From assembly GCA_964522405.1 (NCBI GenBank), contig CAZFTR010000001.1, positions 4,602-68,601 of the forward strand: a stretch of DNA of 64,000 bases, in the 5' to 3' direction. The position numbers were made by a program, and so were the translations under genes. Below the pieces are notes generated by a model. The model was not told the DNA's origin. It saw only the letters and a list, made by a program, of their open reading frames with translations, and made no database searches. This document shows, in pieces, positions 19,521 through 27,679 of this stretch. Positions within the stretch are counted from its first letter, which is position 1. The number at the start of each line of letters is the position of its first letter. Source of the DNA: an uncultured Gammaproteobacteria bacterium. GTDB taxonomy: Bacteria > Patescibacteriota > Patescibacteriia > Magasanikbacterales > UBA922.

Positions 19521-20209
19521 CCACCACCTTTGTTGTCTCTGCGGTTGGCGATGTGACCTGACAACGCCAGAGGCCAGACGATCCAGGCGATGAGAGCCGG
19601 GAAGCTCAGAACTTCCTCCCTCGGCATGGGGTTCCGCCTCGACTTTTCCATGCCCAGGTCTTTGGCGATGTAGATCAGGGCGAAAATGCCCAAGAACAGG
19701 TATCCGGCCAGGATACTGAGAGCAATCAAATCACTGGTGCTCAAAACCTTTCCTCCTTTCGCGGTTTTGCAATGTTGATTATAACAGTAAATAATTTTTT
19801 TTTCTATGGTTGGTTTCCAAATAAAAACCCTCCTTTTTAAGGGGGTAATAATGGTTAAAATAGTTCCCTTTCGCCGCCCATTCCACGTTCGCCGACAAGG
19901 GACTAAGAACAGGCGGCGCGCGAGCACCAGCCAGGCGCGTGTTGATTTACCAGTCTCCTTTTTTTTCTTCTTTTCGTCTCTGATCTCGATCAGGTAGCCG
20001 GCCAACATGAAGGGGCCTGCCATCAGCCCGAAGAGCCAGATCATGACACCGAATTTACTGGTGTCGGTGGGATTTCTTTCTTCTTCGCCCTTGCCGTGGT
20101 CACCGGTGACGTACAAGAGGGCGCCGAAGCTGAGGATGGCGTAGCCCCCGACCAGGCTGAGAATCATCAGGGCAGTGCTCAAAGTTCTCTCCTTGTTGCG
20201 ATTTTGCAA
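19514..20209 (-). CDS. GC-rich tandem pair of paralogous small two-TM membrane protein ORFs (A ~19955-20194, B ~19514-19754), fused in one frame through an A8 tract
   Basis: The halves LSTALMILSLVGGYAILSFGALLYVTG... and LSTSDLIALSILAGYLFLGIFALIYIA... are clearly homologous. Each is preceded by a conserved leader, atcaaYattgcaaaaYcgc, then AAGGAG, then TTG. Half B stops at the TAA inside the 79-nt repeat (cTGGTAAatc). Half A is out of frame by one base within an A8 run (19959-19966) and reads through. Confidence 0.4.
   Translation of the reverse strand: MQNRNKERTLSTALMILSLVGGYAILSFGALLYVTGDHGKGEEERNPTDTSKFGVMIWLFGLMAGPFMLAGYLIEIRDEKKKKKETGKSTRAWLVLARRLFLVPCRRTWNGRRKGTILTIITPLKRRVFIWKPTIEKKIIYCYNQHCKTAKGGKVLSTSDLIALSILAGYLFLGIFALIYIAKDLGMEKSRRNPMPREEVLSFPALIAWIVWPLALSGHIANRRDNKGGGW
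19875..19953. repeat. GC-rich 79-nt perfect direct repeat, copy 2
   Basis: Exact 79/79 match to 19442-19520. It is followed on the minus strand by a terminator-like hairpin, ccccctTAAAAaggaggg plus a T-run (19822-19846). Confidence 0.9.
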
Positions 20210-20325
20210 TATTGATTCTAGCAGGAAATAAAATTATTGTCTACTTTGCTTATAAAGAAAAAAGCCTCACCCTAGAAAAGGCGAGGCATAGTTTTTACTA
20301 TTGTTCACTGTTTATTGATCATTGC

Positions 20326-21297
20326 TTACTGTTCAGGCTCCCAAAGATTAATATATTCAATAGCACTAAGCGCAGCAGTCGCACCTTGCCCAGCAGAAAT
20401 ACTAATTTGTTTAAAAGGAATATTAGTCACGTCTCCGGCAGCGAAAAGTCCAGTACAATTTGTTTTGCAGCGAATATCTACTTCTATTTCTTTTGCTTTG
20501 TTTTTACTGGCACATTCTACAAATCCGGAATTTGGGATCATGCCAATGTGGACCATGACACCATTTATTCCATCAACTTGTTTTTCTTCTTCTGATCCAT
20601 TTTCTTGGTATTTAATACCAGTTACCATTTCATTGCCAAGTATTTCAGAAGTAAAACTATTGTAAATTATTTCTACATTTGATTTTTCTTTTACTTTGTC
20701 TACTAAAATTGTTTCACCTTTTGGAAAGCCTCCTAGATTGGACTCTGGATACTTGGTAACTAGATAAACTTTTTCAGCAATTTCTGCCATCATTAGAGCA
20801 GATTCGAGAGCTGCATTTCCTGCTCCAATAGTTGCTGTTGTTTTTCCTTTGTAGAGTGGTCCGTCACAAACCGTACAAAAAGTCACGCCTTTGTTTTTGT
20901 ATTCATTTTCTCCGGGAATTTTCAGTTCTCTAGGGTGAATGCCACTGGCAACTATCACAGCTTTGGTCTGGTATTCTTTTTTTTCACCGGAAAAATTTTC
21001 TGCGTGAACTACATGGTAGTTTTTTACTTGTTCAATTGATTTTACTTCAAAGCCATTATCAAATTGCACTCCATAGGAAAGAGCATGCTTGTGGAAATTT
21101 TGGGAAAGTTCAATTCCAGAAATAGTTTCAGTTCCAGGCCAGTTCTCTACAACTCCAGACAAAGCAACTTCACCACCAATGTCTTTGCTGACCACCACAA
21201 AATTCAATTTTCTGCGAGCAGCATAAATTGCAGCAGTACAACCTGCAGCTGCAGCTCCGATGATCACTAGATCAAGCATTTTTTCTTGATTTTCCAT
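20326..21297 (-). CDS. trxB: thioredoxin-disulfide reductase
   Basis: FAD-binding motif VIIGAAAAGCTAAIYAARR, redox-active CTVCDG (CxxC), and a second dinucleotide-binding motif. Confidence 0.85.
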   Translation of the reverse strand: MENQEKMLDLVIIGAAAAGCTAAIYAARRKLNFVVVSKDIGGEVALSGVVENWPGTETISGIELSQNFHKHALSYGVQFDNGFEVKSIEQVKNYHVVHAENFSGEKKEYQTKAVIVASGIHPRELKIPGENEYKNKGVTFCTVCDGPLYKGKTTATIGAGNAALESALMMAEIAEKVYLVTKYPESNLGGFPKGETILVDKVKEKSNVEIIYNSFTSEILGNEMVTGIKYQENGSEEEKQVDGINGVMVHIGMIPNSGFVECASKNKAKEIEVDIRCKTNCTGLFAAGDVTNIPFKQISISAGQGATAALSAIEYINLWEPEQ

Positions 21298-21336
21298 ATT
21301 TCATTTATTAATTTAGGTCTATATAAGAGTAACAGT

Positions 21337-22014
21337 CTATTTTCCCTTGGTCAAGCTGTCGATAAGTTGATTTAAGTCTTCAACATTTTCTTTTATAGTT
21401 TTTTCAGTATGAAAAACCGCACTCCCGGGACAAATTGCATCAACACCACTGGTGGAAATGTCTGGAATAGTTTCCAGATTTACTCCACCATCAAGAGAAA
21501 CAAACAGATCAGGATATTTTTCTTTTAGGTTTTTAATTCTTTCAGTGGTTTCCGGAATATACTTTTGCTTTTGAAAGCCCGGGACTACGCCCATGAACAT
21601 AACCGCATCAAGCTCTGAAATAAATTCATCTAAAACATCAATTGAGGTATCAGGATTGAGAACAATTCCAACCTTATGTCCTAGATTTTTTATAGAATTA
21701 ATAGTTTCAGCAATTTCAGTTTTCTCTACAGCTTCATAGTGAAATAAAACCCTTTTAATTTGGTGAACATCAGCCCATTTTGCAGTTTCTTCTACCGGGT
21801 TTGAGGTCATAAGATGAAGTTCAGCATCAATTTTCAGAAGTTCCTTGGTAACTTTCGGATCTCGCCAAGTGGTATTTGGTACAAATTTTCCATCAGCAAT
21901 ATCAATTTGAACCATTTTTATATATTTTTGTACCTCAAGAATCTGCTGGGTAAATTCTTCTTTTGATTGTACAAGTAAAGATGGAATTATCTGCATATCA
22001 CTCTTATTTTTCAA
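21337..22014 (-). CDS. rpe: ribulose-phosphate 3-epimerase
   Basis: Motifs MQIIPSLL, ELHLMTSNP and DGGVN match Rpe. The true start is probably the internal Met at 21996; the annotated start overlaps rpiB. Confidence 0.8.
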   Translation of the reverse strand: MKNKSDMQIIPSLLVQSKEEFTQQILEVQKYIKMVQIDIADGKFVPNTTWRDPKVTKELLKIDAELHLMTSNPVEETAKWADVHQIKRVLFHYEAVEKTEIAETINSIKNLGHKVGIVLNPDTSIDVLDEFISELDAVMFMGVVPGFQKQKYIPETTERIKNLKEKYPDLFVSLDGGVNLETIPDISTSGVDAICPGSAVFHTEKTIKENVEDLNQLIDSLTKGK

Positions 22015-22456
22015 GTTCTGCTACTTTGCCAAGTCTGCGTATATGTCGCTCATCACCACTAAATTCAGTTTCAAGCCATTTTTTGACCATTGCCAGGTGG
22101 TGATCTTCGCTTCCGAGTTTGGCTGCAAGGCAAAGCACATTAGTATTGTCATCTAGAACCATAGTCTCTGCAGCAGATAGATTATATCCAATTCCAGCCC
22201 GCACACCATTTACTTTGTTTGCAGCAATACAGACACCAACTCCATTTTTACAGATTAGAATTCCTCGTCCATTAGTTTCAGCGACTTTTTGAGCTAGCGG
22301 AATTGCATAATCCGGATAATCATCTGTTTCAATGTATTCAAAAGGGCCTAAATCTTCAATTTCAAGTTTGAGTTCGTTTTCAAGATAGCGAATAATCCGT
22401 TTTTTTAGTTGATATCCTCCATGATCTGATCCTATAAATAGCTTTCCTTGGTACAT
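22004..22456 (-). CDS. rpiB: ribose-5-phosphate isomerase B
   Basis: GSDHGGYQLK and ...CKNGVGVCIAANK match RpiB/LacAB. Confidence 0.85.
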   Translation of the reverse strand: MYQGKLFIGSDHGGYQLKKRIIRYLENELKLEIEDLGPFEYIETDDYPDYAIPLAQKVAETNGRGILICKNGVGVCIAANKVNGVRAGIGYNLSAAETMVLDDNTNVLCLAAKLGSEDHHLAMVKKWLETEFSGDERHIRRLGKVAELEK

Positions 22457-22591
22457 AATATATTGTTTATATTTAACTAGAAAAAATACTGTGATTATAT
22501 TGTAGCATAGAGATAGTTTGTGATAAAGGGAGTTTATGATTAGGTGAAATTGTGTTATAGTTTAACCAATATCGACTACATGGGGAGATGT

Positions 22592-22756
22592 ATGGTTTCC
22601 AGGTTGGGAAAGGAGCCGGTGGTGCTGGTCAAGGTTGTCTGGGGCGGGCTCAGCCCGGAGGATATTGCGGTTTACCGTCAAATCGCTAGGGACACAGTGG
22701 AGCGTTCCAAGCAAAATCGCTGCCATGGATGCGGCAGACCAAAGAAGGGGGAATGA
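22592..22756 (+). CDS. GC-rich small ORF (54 aa), possibly the product of a ~260-nt GC-rich transcript; could instead be a non-coding RNA
   Basis: A TG-extended -10 (tgtTATAGT) near 22545-22556, SD GGGGAGA 5 nt before ATG 22592, and an intrinsic terminator at 22795-22822. The protein MVSRLGKEPVVLVKVVWGGLSPEDIAVYRQIARDTVERSKQNRCHGCGRPKKGE has no recognised family. Confidence 0.35.
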   Translation: MVSRLGKEPVVLVKVVWGGLSPEDIAVYRQIARDTVERSKQNRCHGCGRPKKGE

Positions 22757-22794
22757 TGGGGGGCGCCACTCCATCTCGGATTGGCAAACTCGAA

Positions 22795-22822
22795 AAAACA
22801 TGAGAGAATCATGTTTTTTTGA
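22795..22822 (+). terminator. intrinsic terminator
   Basis: aaaaaaCATGAgagaaTCATGttttttt. Confidence 0.65.
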
Positions 22823-22843
22823 TATTAAATTTATCAAAACAAA

Positions 22844-22868
22844 AAAACAGCTTTTGCTGTTTTTCAGT
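22844..22868. terminator. bidirectional intrinsic terminator, likely ending the convergent minus-strand GC-rich gene
   Basis: aaaaaaacAGCttttGCTgttttt. Confidence 0.55.
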
Positions 22869-22959
22869 ACTTCCTAAAAATTCAAAAAAAATACTAAGGA
22901 AGGGGTGGGGCGGAAGGAATCACGGCGGGAGTCGCTGCGATCATCGCCCCGAGGGGGGA

Positions 22960-23631
22960 CTAGGCATCGATGGCCTCGAAGATCTGGGATCTGGGGCGGT
23001 CGGGGAGGGCGCGGGGCATGGCGTCGAGGGTCGTCATGTCCGCGTACCAGGCCTGCATGTAGCCGGTGGGACGGTGTTGGTCAGCGCTCGGCGCCGAGGC
23101 CTGGGCTCGGCTCTGGAGCAGGACGGCATTGAGCCGTTCCGGGTCGTTCTGGAACATCCAGAGCAGGAACTTCATCTGAAGCGCCTCCTCCTGGCTCATC
23201 TGGGGGATCTGGCCCGGACTGACCTTGGAGATCCGCTGACCCATGGTACGGAACAGGCCGTCGGCAGCCCTCAGCGCGGCCAGACGGTGCATCATGTTCT
23301 GGTTGTCCGGTTCCACCACTTGACTGCTCTCTTCGAGCGAAGCCCGCACCTTTTCCGGAATCTCTTCGCCGGCGGTTTCGTTGCCAGTGAAGATCAGGCG
23401 GTAGCGTGTCCGTTGACCCACGGGGATCTCGAGAATCAGTGCCAGCGGCGGGTTTTGGGCGATGGTGTACTCCAGGTAACACTCGATCATGTTTTCCGGA
23501 TCCTTGACTCCGGAGTCAGGGGGCTTGCTGTCTTCGTACGACTTCATGGCATTGTGCCAGTGCCAGAGAGTCAAGAAGAAGCCCAGGATCAGGACTGTGA
23601 TGAGGAGAGTCAGGAGGGTGAGAGAGTCCAT
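22960..23631 (-). CDS. GC-rich hypothetical protein with an N-terminal TM anchor (224 aa)
   Basis: Start MDSLTLLTLLITVLILGFFLTLW is preceded by AAGGAGG. Amino-acid composition is protein-like, whereas the overlapping plus-strand ORFs are G/R/L-rich antisense artefacts. About 58% GC. Confidence 0.55.
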   Translation of the reverse strand: MDSLTLLTLLITVLILGFFLTLWHWHNAMKSYEDSKPPDSGVKDPENMIECYLEYTIAQNPPLALILEIPVGQRTRYRLIFTGNETAGEEIPEKVRASLEESSQVVEPDNQNMMHRLAALRAADGLFRTMGQRISKVSPGQIPQMSQEEALQMKFLLWMFQNDPERLNAVLLQSRAQASAPSADQHRPTGYMQAWYADMTTLDAMPRALPDRPRSQIFEAIDA

Positions 23632-23759
23632 ATCGTGCCTCCTTGAGGCTTCCGGTTCTAGTCTGTTCAGTATTGTTGTCTTTTTTTGATAAAAAGTCAA
23701 GTCTGGAGTTTAGATTGACAAAACAACAATTTTGTCCTAATATGGGTATACAATTATAA

Positions 23760-23935
23760 AAGCGCAATACTCGCTATCAACGAGGATTCTGAGTCTCAGA
23801 AGCGCTGAAAGAAGAAAAACTTATATAAAGTTTAGTAGAATTTTCCGGGTAAGCCCGTAATAGCAGAAATTAAGAGCCACTTTGGAAGTGAGATGGTACC
23901 GCCCGATATTGGGTTCTCATGTGAGTGGTTTTTTA
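23760..23935 (+). promoter_or_regulatory. candidate T-box riboswitch leader of ileS
   Basis: A ~180-nt structured leader contains GAGAUGGUACCGCCCG, which resembles the T-box core (UGGUACCGC, 23895-23903), then a hairpin plus U-run near 23905-23934. ileS is the classic T-box-regulated gene. An Ile codon candidate (ATC, 23776-23778) sits in a loop context. Confidence 0.5.
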
Positions 23936-24083
23936 TTTATTATTAGTAAATTTGTTTAACCGTATTTATTATAAAATTCAACTCAGCTCTACAGAAATAA
24001 TTTGATATTCAGTTTAAATTGATCGCTCAACGTTTCATTTTATAATAAATACGGTTAAATTAACTCAAGCTATTAATTCATGT

Positions 24084-27053
24084 ATGCCTTACGAATCAAA
24101 TAAACATGAACTTGAAATAAAAAAGTTCTGGGACAACAACAAAATTTTTGAAAAATCTATAAATGAGCGTCCGGAAGATCAGCCCTATGTTTTTTATGAT
24201 GGTCCACCATTTGCAACCGGCTTGCCACATTATGGACATATAGTTGCCAGTTTGATGAAAGATGTTGTTCCCAGATATTGGACTATGCAAGGAAAGCGGG
24301 TTGAGCGTCTTTGGGGTTGGGATTGTCATGGTTTGCCGATTGAAAATATTGTTGAAAAAGAAATTGGATCAAAAAGTAAACAAGATATTGAAGAAATGGG
24401 AGTTGAAAAATTCAATGAGTCCTGTCGCTCAAAAGTTTTACATTATATAGATGAATGGAAAAGGACTATTCAAAGACTTGGACGCTGGGTTGATATGGAC
24501 AATGCCTACAAAACCATGGACAAAGATTATATGGAGTCAGTTTGGTGGGTTTTCAAAGAGCTTTGGGACAATGGTTTTGTTTATAAAGGATATAAATCAA
24601 TGCATGTTTGTCCACGTTGTGAGACAACACTTTCTCAGCAAGAAGTAAGTGAAGGTTACAAAGACATAAAAGATCTTTCCGCAACTGTAAAGTTTAAAAT
24701 TACCTCTACAATTTCAGATATTCATCAAGACCTGGGTGTGTGTAATGATCTCTTTGTTCTAGCTTGGACAACTACCCCTTGGACACTTCCTGGAAATGCC
24801 CTTTTGGCAGTTGGTGAGGATATTGAATATACAGTTGTTAAATTTGAAGGCTCTTGTTATGTGGTTGCCAAAGAAAGATTAATTGAAGTTTTTGATGAAA
24901 GAGAATTTGAAGTTGTTCAGCAATTAAAAGGAAAAGACCTGTTAGGTTTGGAATATGAGCCATTGTTTCCATATTATACTGATACAGAAAATGCTTTTAA
25001 GGTTGTGGCAGGAGATTTTGTAAGCACAGAAGAAGGAACAGGCGTGGTGCATATAGCTCCGGCTTTTGGTGAGGATGATTATCAAACAGGAAAAAAAGAA
25101 AAAACCGGCTGGGTCCAGCATGTTTCAATGAATGGAAAATTTAAGCCGGAAGTTGCAGATTTTGCAGGTCAGCAAGTTAAGCCAATAGAAGATCCTCAAA
25201 AAACAGATATAGAAATAATTAAATGGCTTGCTCACAATGAAAAGTTATTTTCAAAGAAAAAATATCTACATAGTTATCCGCATTGTTGGAGATGTGACAC
25301 CCCTCTAATAAATTACGCAACAGATTCCTGGTTCGTAAATGTAGAAAAATTAAAAAAGGACGCGCTTAAACATGCCAAAGAAATAAATTGGTCTCCAGAA
25401 CATATGAAAGAGGGGCGTTTTGGGAAGTGGCTAGAAGGAGCACGAGATTGGTCAATTTCTCGCCAGCGTTTTTGGGCATCAGTAATTCCAATTTGGGAAT
25501 GTGATAAGACAGGTGAATTTCATGTTATCGGTTCTGTAGAAGAACTTGAGAAATTAACCGGAGAAAAAATAGAAGACCTACATAAGCATACAGTAGATAA
25601 ACTAACTTGGAAAAATCAAAAAACAGGAGGAACTATGAAACGAATTCCAGATGTTCTTGATTGTTGGTTTGAAGCAGGTTCAATGCCTTACGCCCAAGTT
25701 CATTATCCATTTGCCAATCAAGAAAAATTTGAAGCAAGTTTTCCAGCAGAATTTATTGCCGAAGGACAAGATCAAACACGAGCCTGGTTTTATTATCTGC
25801 ATATTATTGCAACAGGTGTAAAACAAAAACATGCATTTAACAATGTGGTGGTAAATGGAATAGTTCTAGCAGAAGACGGAAAGAAGATGAGTAAGAAATT
25901 ACAAAATTATCCAGACCCAATGGTTGTGCTGGAGAAATACGGAGCAGATGCGCTTAGATACTACTTGGTGAGTTCACCGGTGATGCAAGCAGAAACTTTG
26001 AATTTTTCAGAAGAAGGTGTTCGAGAAGTTTTTAATAAGGTTGTCAATACACTTTGGAATGTAGGTAGTTTTTATGAGATGTTTGCAGATGAAAATTCAA
26101 AGTTCGATTTAGAATTGGCAAAGAATTCAAAAAATGTTTTGGATAAATGGATACTTGCCAAACTACATAGATTGCTTGAAGAAGTTACAAAAGAAATGAA
26201 TGAATACAGACTTAATGATGCATCTCGCCCAATTTTAGATTTTATATTAGATCTTTCACAGTGGTATGTGCGCAGATCAAGAGATAGATTTAAAGGTGAT
26301 GATGAAGAAGATAAAAAAGCAGCACTTGCTACGCTCCATGAAGTTCTTTTAACTCTTTCAAAAATCATGGCACCGTTTACTCCGTTTATTGCAGAGAAGA
26401 TTTATAAAGAAGTTGGTGGTGAGAAAGAATCTGTTCATTTGGATATGTGGCCAGAGGTGGATCAAAATATTTTGCTAGCAAACACGAATCTCTTAGTGGA
26501 TATGGAATCAGTCAGAGAAGTAGTTAAGCTTGGAAATTCTCTTAGAAAAGAAAACTCATTGAAAGTTAGACAGCCGCTTGCAAGTTTAAAAGCAGTTGCT
26601 ACTCTCTCAGGAGATAAAGATTATCTTGAGCAATATCAAAAAATTATTTCAGAAGAATTAAATATTAAGAAAGTTGAGTTAAGAAATTTACCTGGAAATA
26701 AAGAAATGGAAGAGATGAGAAGTTTGGCAAATGATAAAATTAAAGTTGCCGAAGATCAAAGATCTATCGTAGTCCTTAACACAGAAATAACCCCACAACT
26801 CGCCAAAGAAGGACTTCTCCGCGAAACAATCCGCGCCATAAATCAAATCAGAAAACAACAAGGCTTGATAATGCATGACCAAGTTCTTGTAGAATTTTCA
26901 ACAGAAGATAAAGTATTAAATGAAATCTTTACAAAAGCAGAATTTGCAGAAGAATTAAAAAAACAAACACTCACAAGTGAAATCAAATCAGGTGGAACTG
27001 AAGAAATAGAAATAGATAAAAGAAAAATTAAGATAATTGTGAAAAAAGCGTAA
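24084..27053 (+). CDS. ileS: isoleucine--tRNA ligase
   Basis: HIGH motif PHYGHI, KMSKS motif KMSKKL, WSISRQRFWAS and the Zn-binding CPRCE segment. 989 aa. Confidence 0.9.
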   Translation: MPYESNKHELEIKKFWDNNKIFEKSINERPEDQPYVFYDGPPFATGLPHYGHIVASLMKDVVPRYWTMQGKRVERLWGWDCHGLPIENIVEKEIGSKSKQDIEEMGVEKFNESCRSKVLHYIDEWKRTIQRLGRWVDMDNAYKTMDKDYMESVWWVFKELWDNGFVYKGYKSMHVCPRCETTLSQQEVSEGYKDIKDLSATVKFKITSTISDIHQDLGVCNDLFVLAWTTTPWTLPGNALLAVGEDIEYTVVKFEGSCYVVAKERLIEVFDEREFEVVQQLKGKDLLGLEYEPLFPYYTDTENAFKVVAGDFVSTEEGTGVVHIAPAFGEDDYQTGKKEKTGWVQHVSMNGKFKPEVADFAGQQVKPIEDPQKTDIEIIKWLAHNEKLFSKKKYLHSYPHCWRCDTPLINYATDSWFVNVEKLKKDALKHAKEINWSPEHMKEGRFGKWLEGARDWSISRQRFWASVIPIWECDKTGEFHVIGSVEELEKLTGEKIEDLHKHTVDKLTWKNQKTGGTMKRIPDVLDCWFEAGSMPYAQVHYPFANQEKFEASFPAEFIAEGQDQTRAWFYYLHIIATGVKQKHAFNNVVVNGIVLAEDGKKMSKKLQNYPDPMVVLEKYGADALRYYLVSSPVMQAETLNFSEEGVREVFNKVVNTLWNVGSFYEMFADENSKFDLELAKNSKNVLDKWILAKLHRLLEEVTKEMNEYRLNDASRPILDFILDLSQWYVRRSRDRFKGDDEEDKKAALATLHEVLLTLSKIMAPFTPFIAEKIYKEVGGEKESVHLDMWPEVDQNILLANTNLLVDMESVREVVKLGNSLRKENSLKVRQPLASLKAVATLSGDKDYLEQYQKIISEELNIKKVELRNLPGNKEMEEMRSLANDKIKVAEDQRSIVVLNTEITPQLAKEGLLRETIRAINQIRKQQGLIMHDQVLVEFSTEDKVLNEIFTKAEFAEELKKQTLTSEIKSGGTEEIEIDKRKIKIIVKKA

Positions 27054-27149
27054 TAAAAAAGTTTCCCCTCCTTTTTAAGTAGGGGCTATGCCACGTCAGT
27101 CGCGACTGACGTGGTTAGGGGGTGGTTTACTCTACACTTCTAACAAATA

Positions 27150-27176
27150 AAAAACACCCGAATCGGGTGTTTTTTA
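27150..27176 (+). terminator. intrinsic terminator after ileS
   Basis: aaaaaaCACCCGaatCGGGTGtttttt. Confidence 0.8.
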
Positions 27177-27679
27177 AATGGTGGTTTTTATGATCGCGCC
27201 ACACCGGAATTCACAATAGTTTATAAAATCCGGTGTGGCGGCGCGATCAAGTGTCTGTTCACGAGGTTGTTGTCCCTCGTTTACCAGAATCAATCCACCA
27301 CCTCTCCCTTATTTACTACTAACGCTCTTCTGGCGCTTTCGTTTTATTCTCGATAGGGAGCTGTTCTAATCGCGTTGCACGATCAGTCTAACGGGTACAG
27401 CCATGAACGGCTTCACGAACAGGCTGTTCGTATCGATCCAAACTGTTCCTGCATTGCACAGAAAACGACTGGTTTCGCGCTTTTTTGTGTGCGCGTGCTT
27501 CAGTCTCAGAATGATCGGAGTGGGTTCTTGCCGGGGTAGGTGCTACAGTCAATATATCTTGCCTTGGAATGAAGTCGAACCGGGCTTCAATCTTTGGTTT
27601 GATACTCGTGTAGAGCCTTATTCAGTCGTTCGGGTGACTGTCACACGTAGTAGGATCAGATCCTCTACGGTGCTGGTAG

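Noticed and set aside
19425-19953. CRISPR array or other short-repeat array
   Set aside because: There are only two 79-nt repeats with a 355-nt spacer that is protein-coding. No cas genes and no regular spacing. No CRISPR-like arrays elsewhere in the window.
22544-22591. Upstream ATG (22544) as the start of the GC-rich small ORF
   Set aside because: It lies inside or upstream of the predicted -10 element. The downstream ATG at 22592 has a proper SD.
22819-23646. 275-aa plus-strand ORF and 133-aa minus-strand ORF (23081-23482) overlapping the GC-rich membrane-protein gene
   Set aside because: Their composition (G/R/L/P-rich, low complexity) is typical of antisense or out-of-frame reading of GC-rich DNA. 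The 22960-23631 minus-strand frame has a TM start, an SD and protein-like composition.
27560-27610. RNase P RNA identified from the GAACCGGGCTTCA segment
   Set aside because: Only one partial CR-V-like match. The obligatory GGAAAGUCCGG (P4 5' strand) and GUAAGAGCGCACC elements are not found. It is kept only as a weak hint under the GC-rich non-coding finding.
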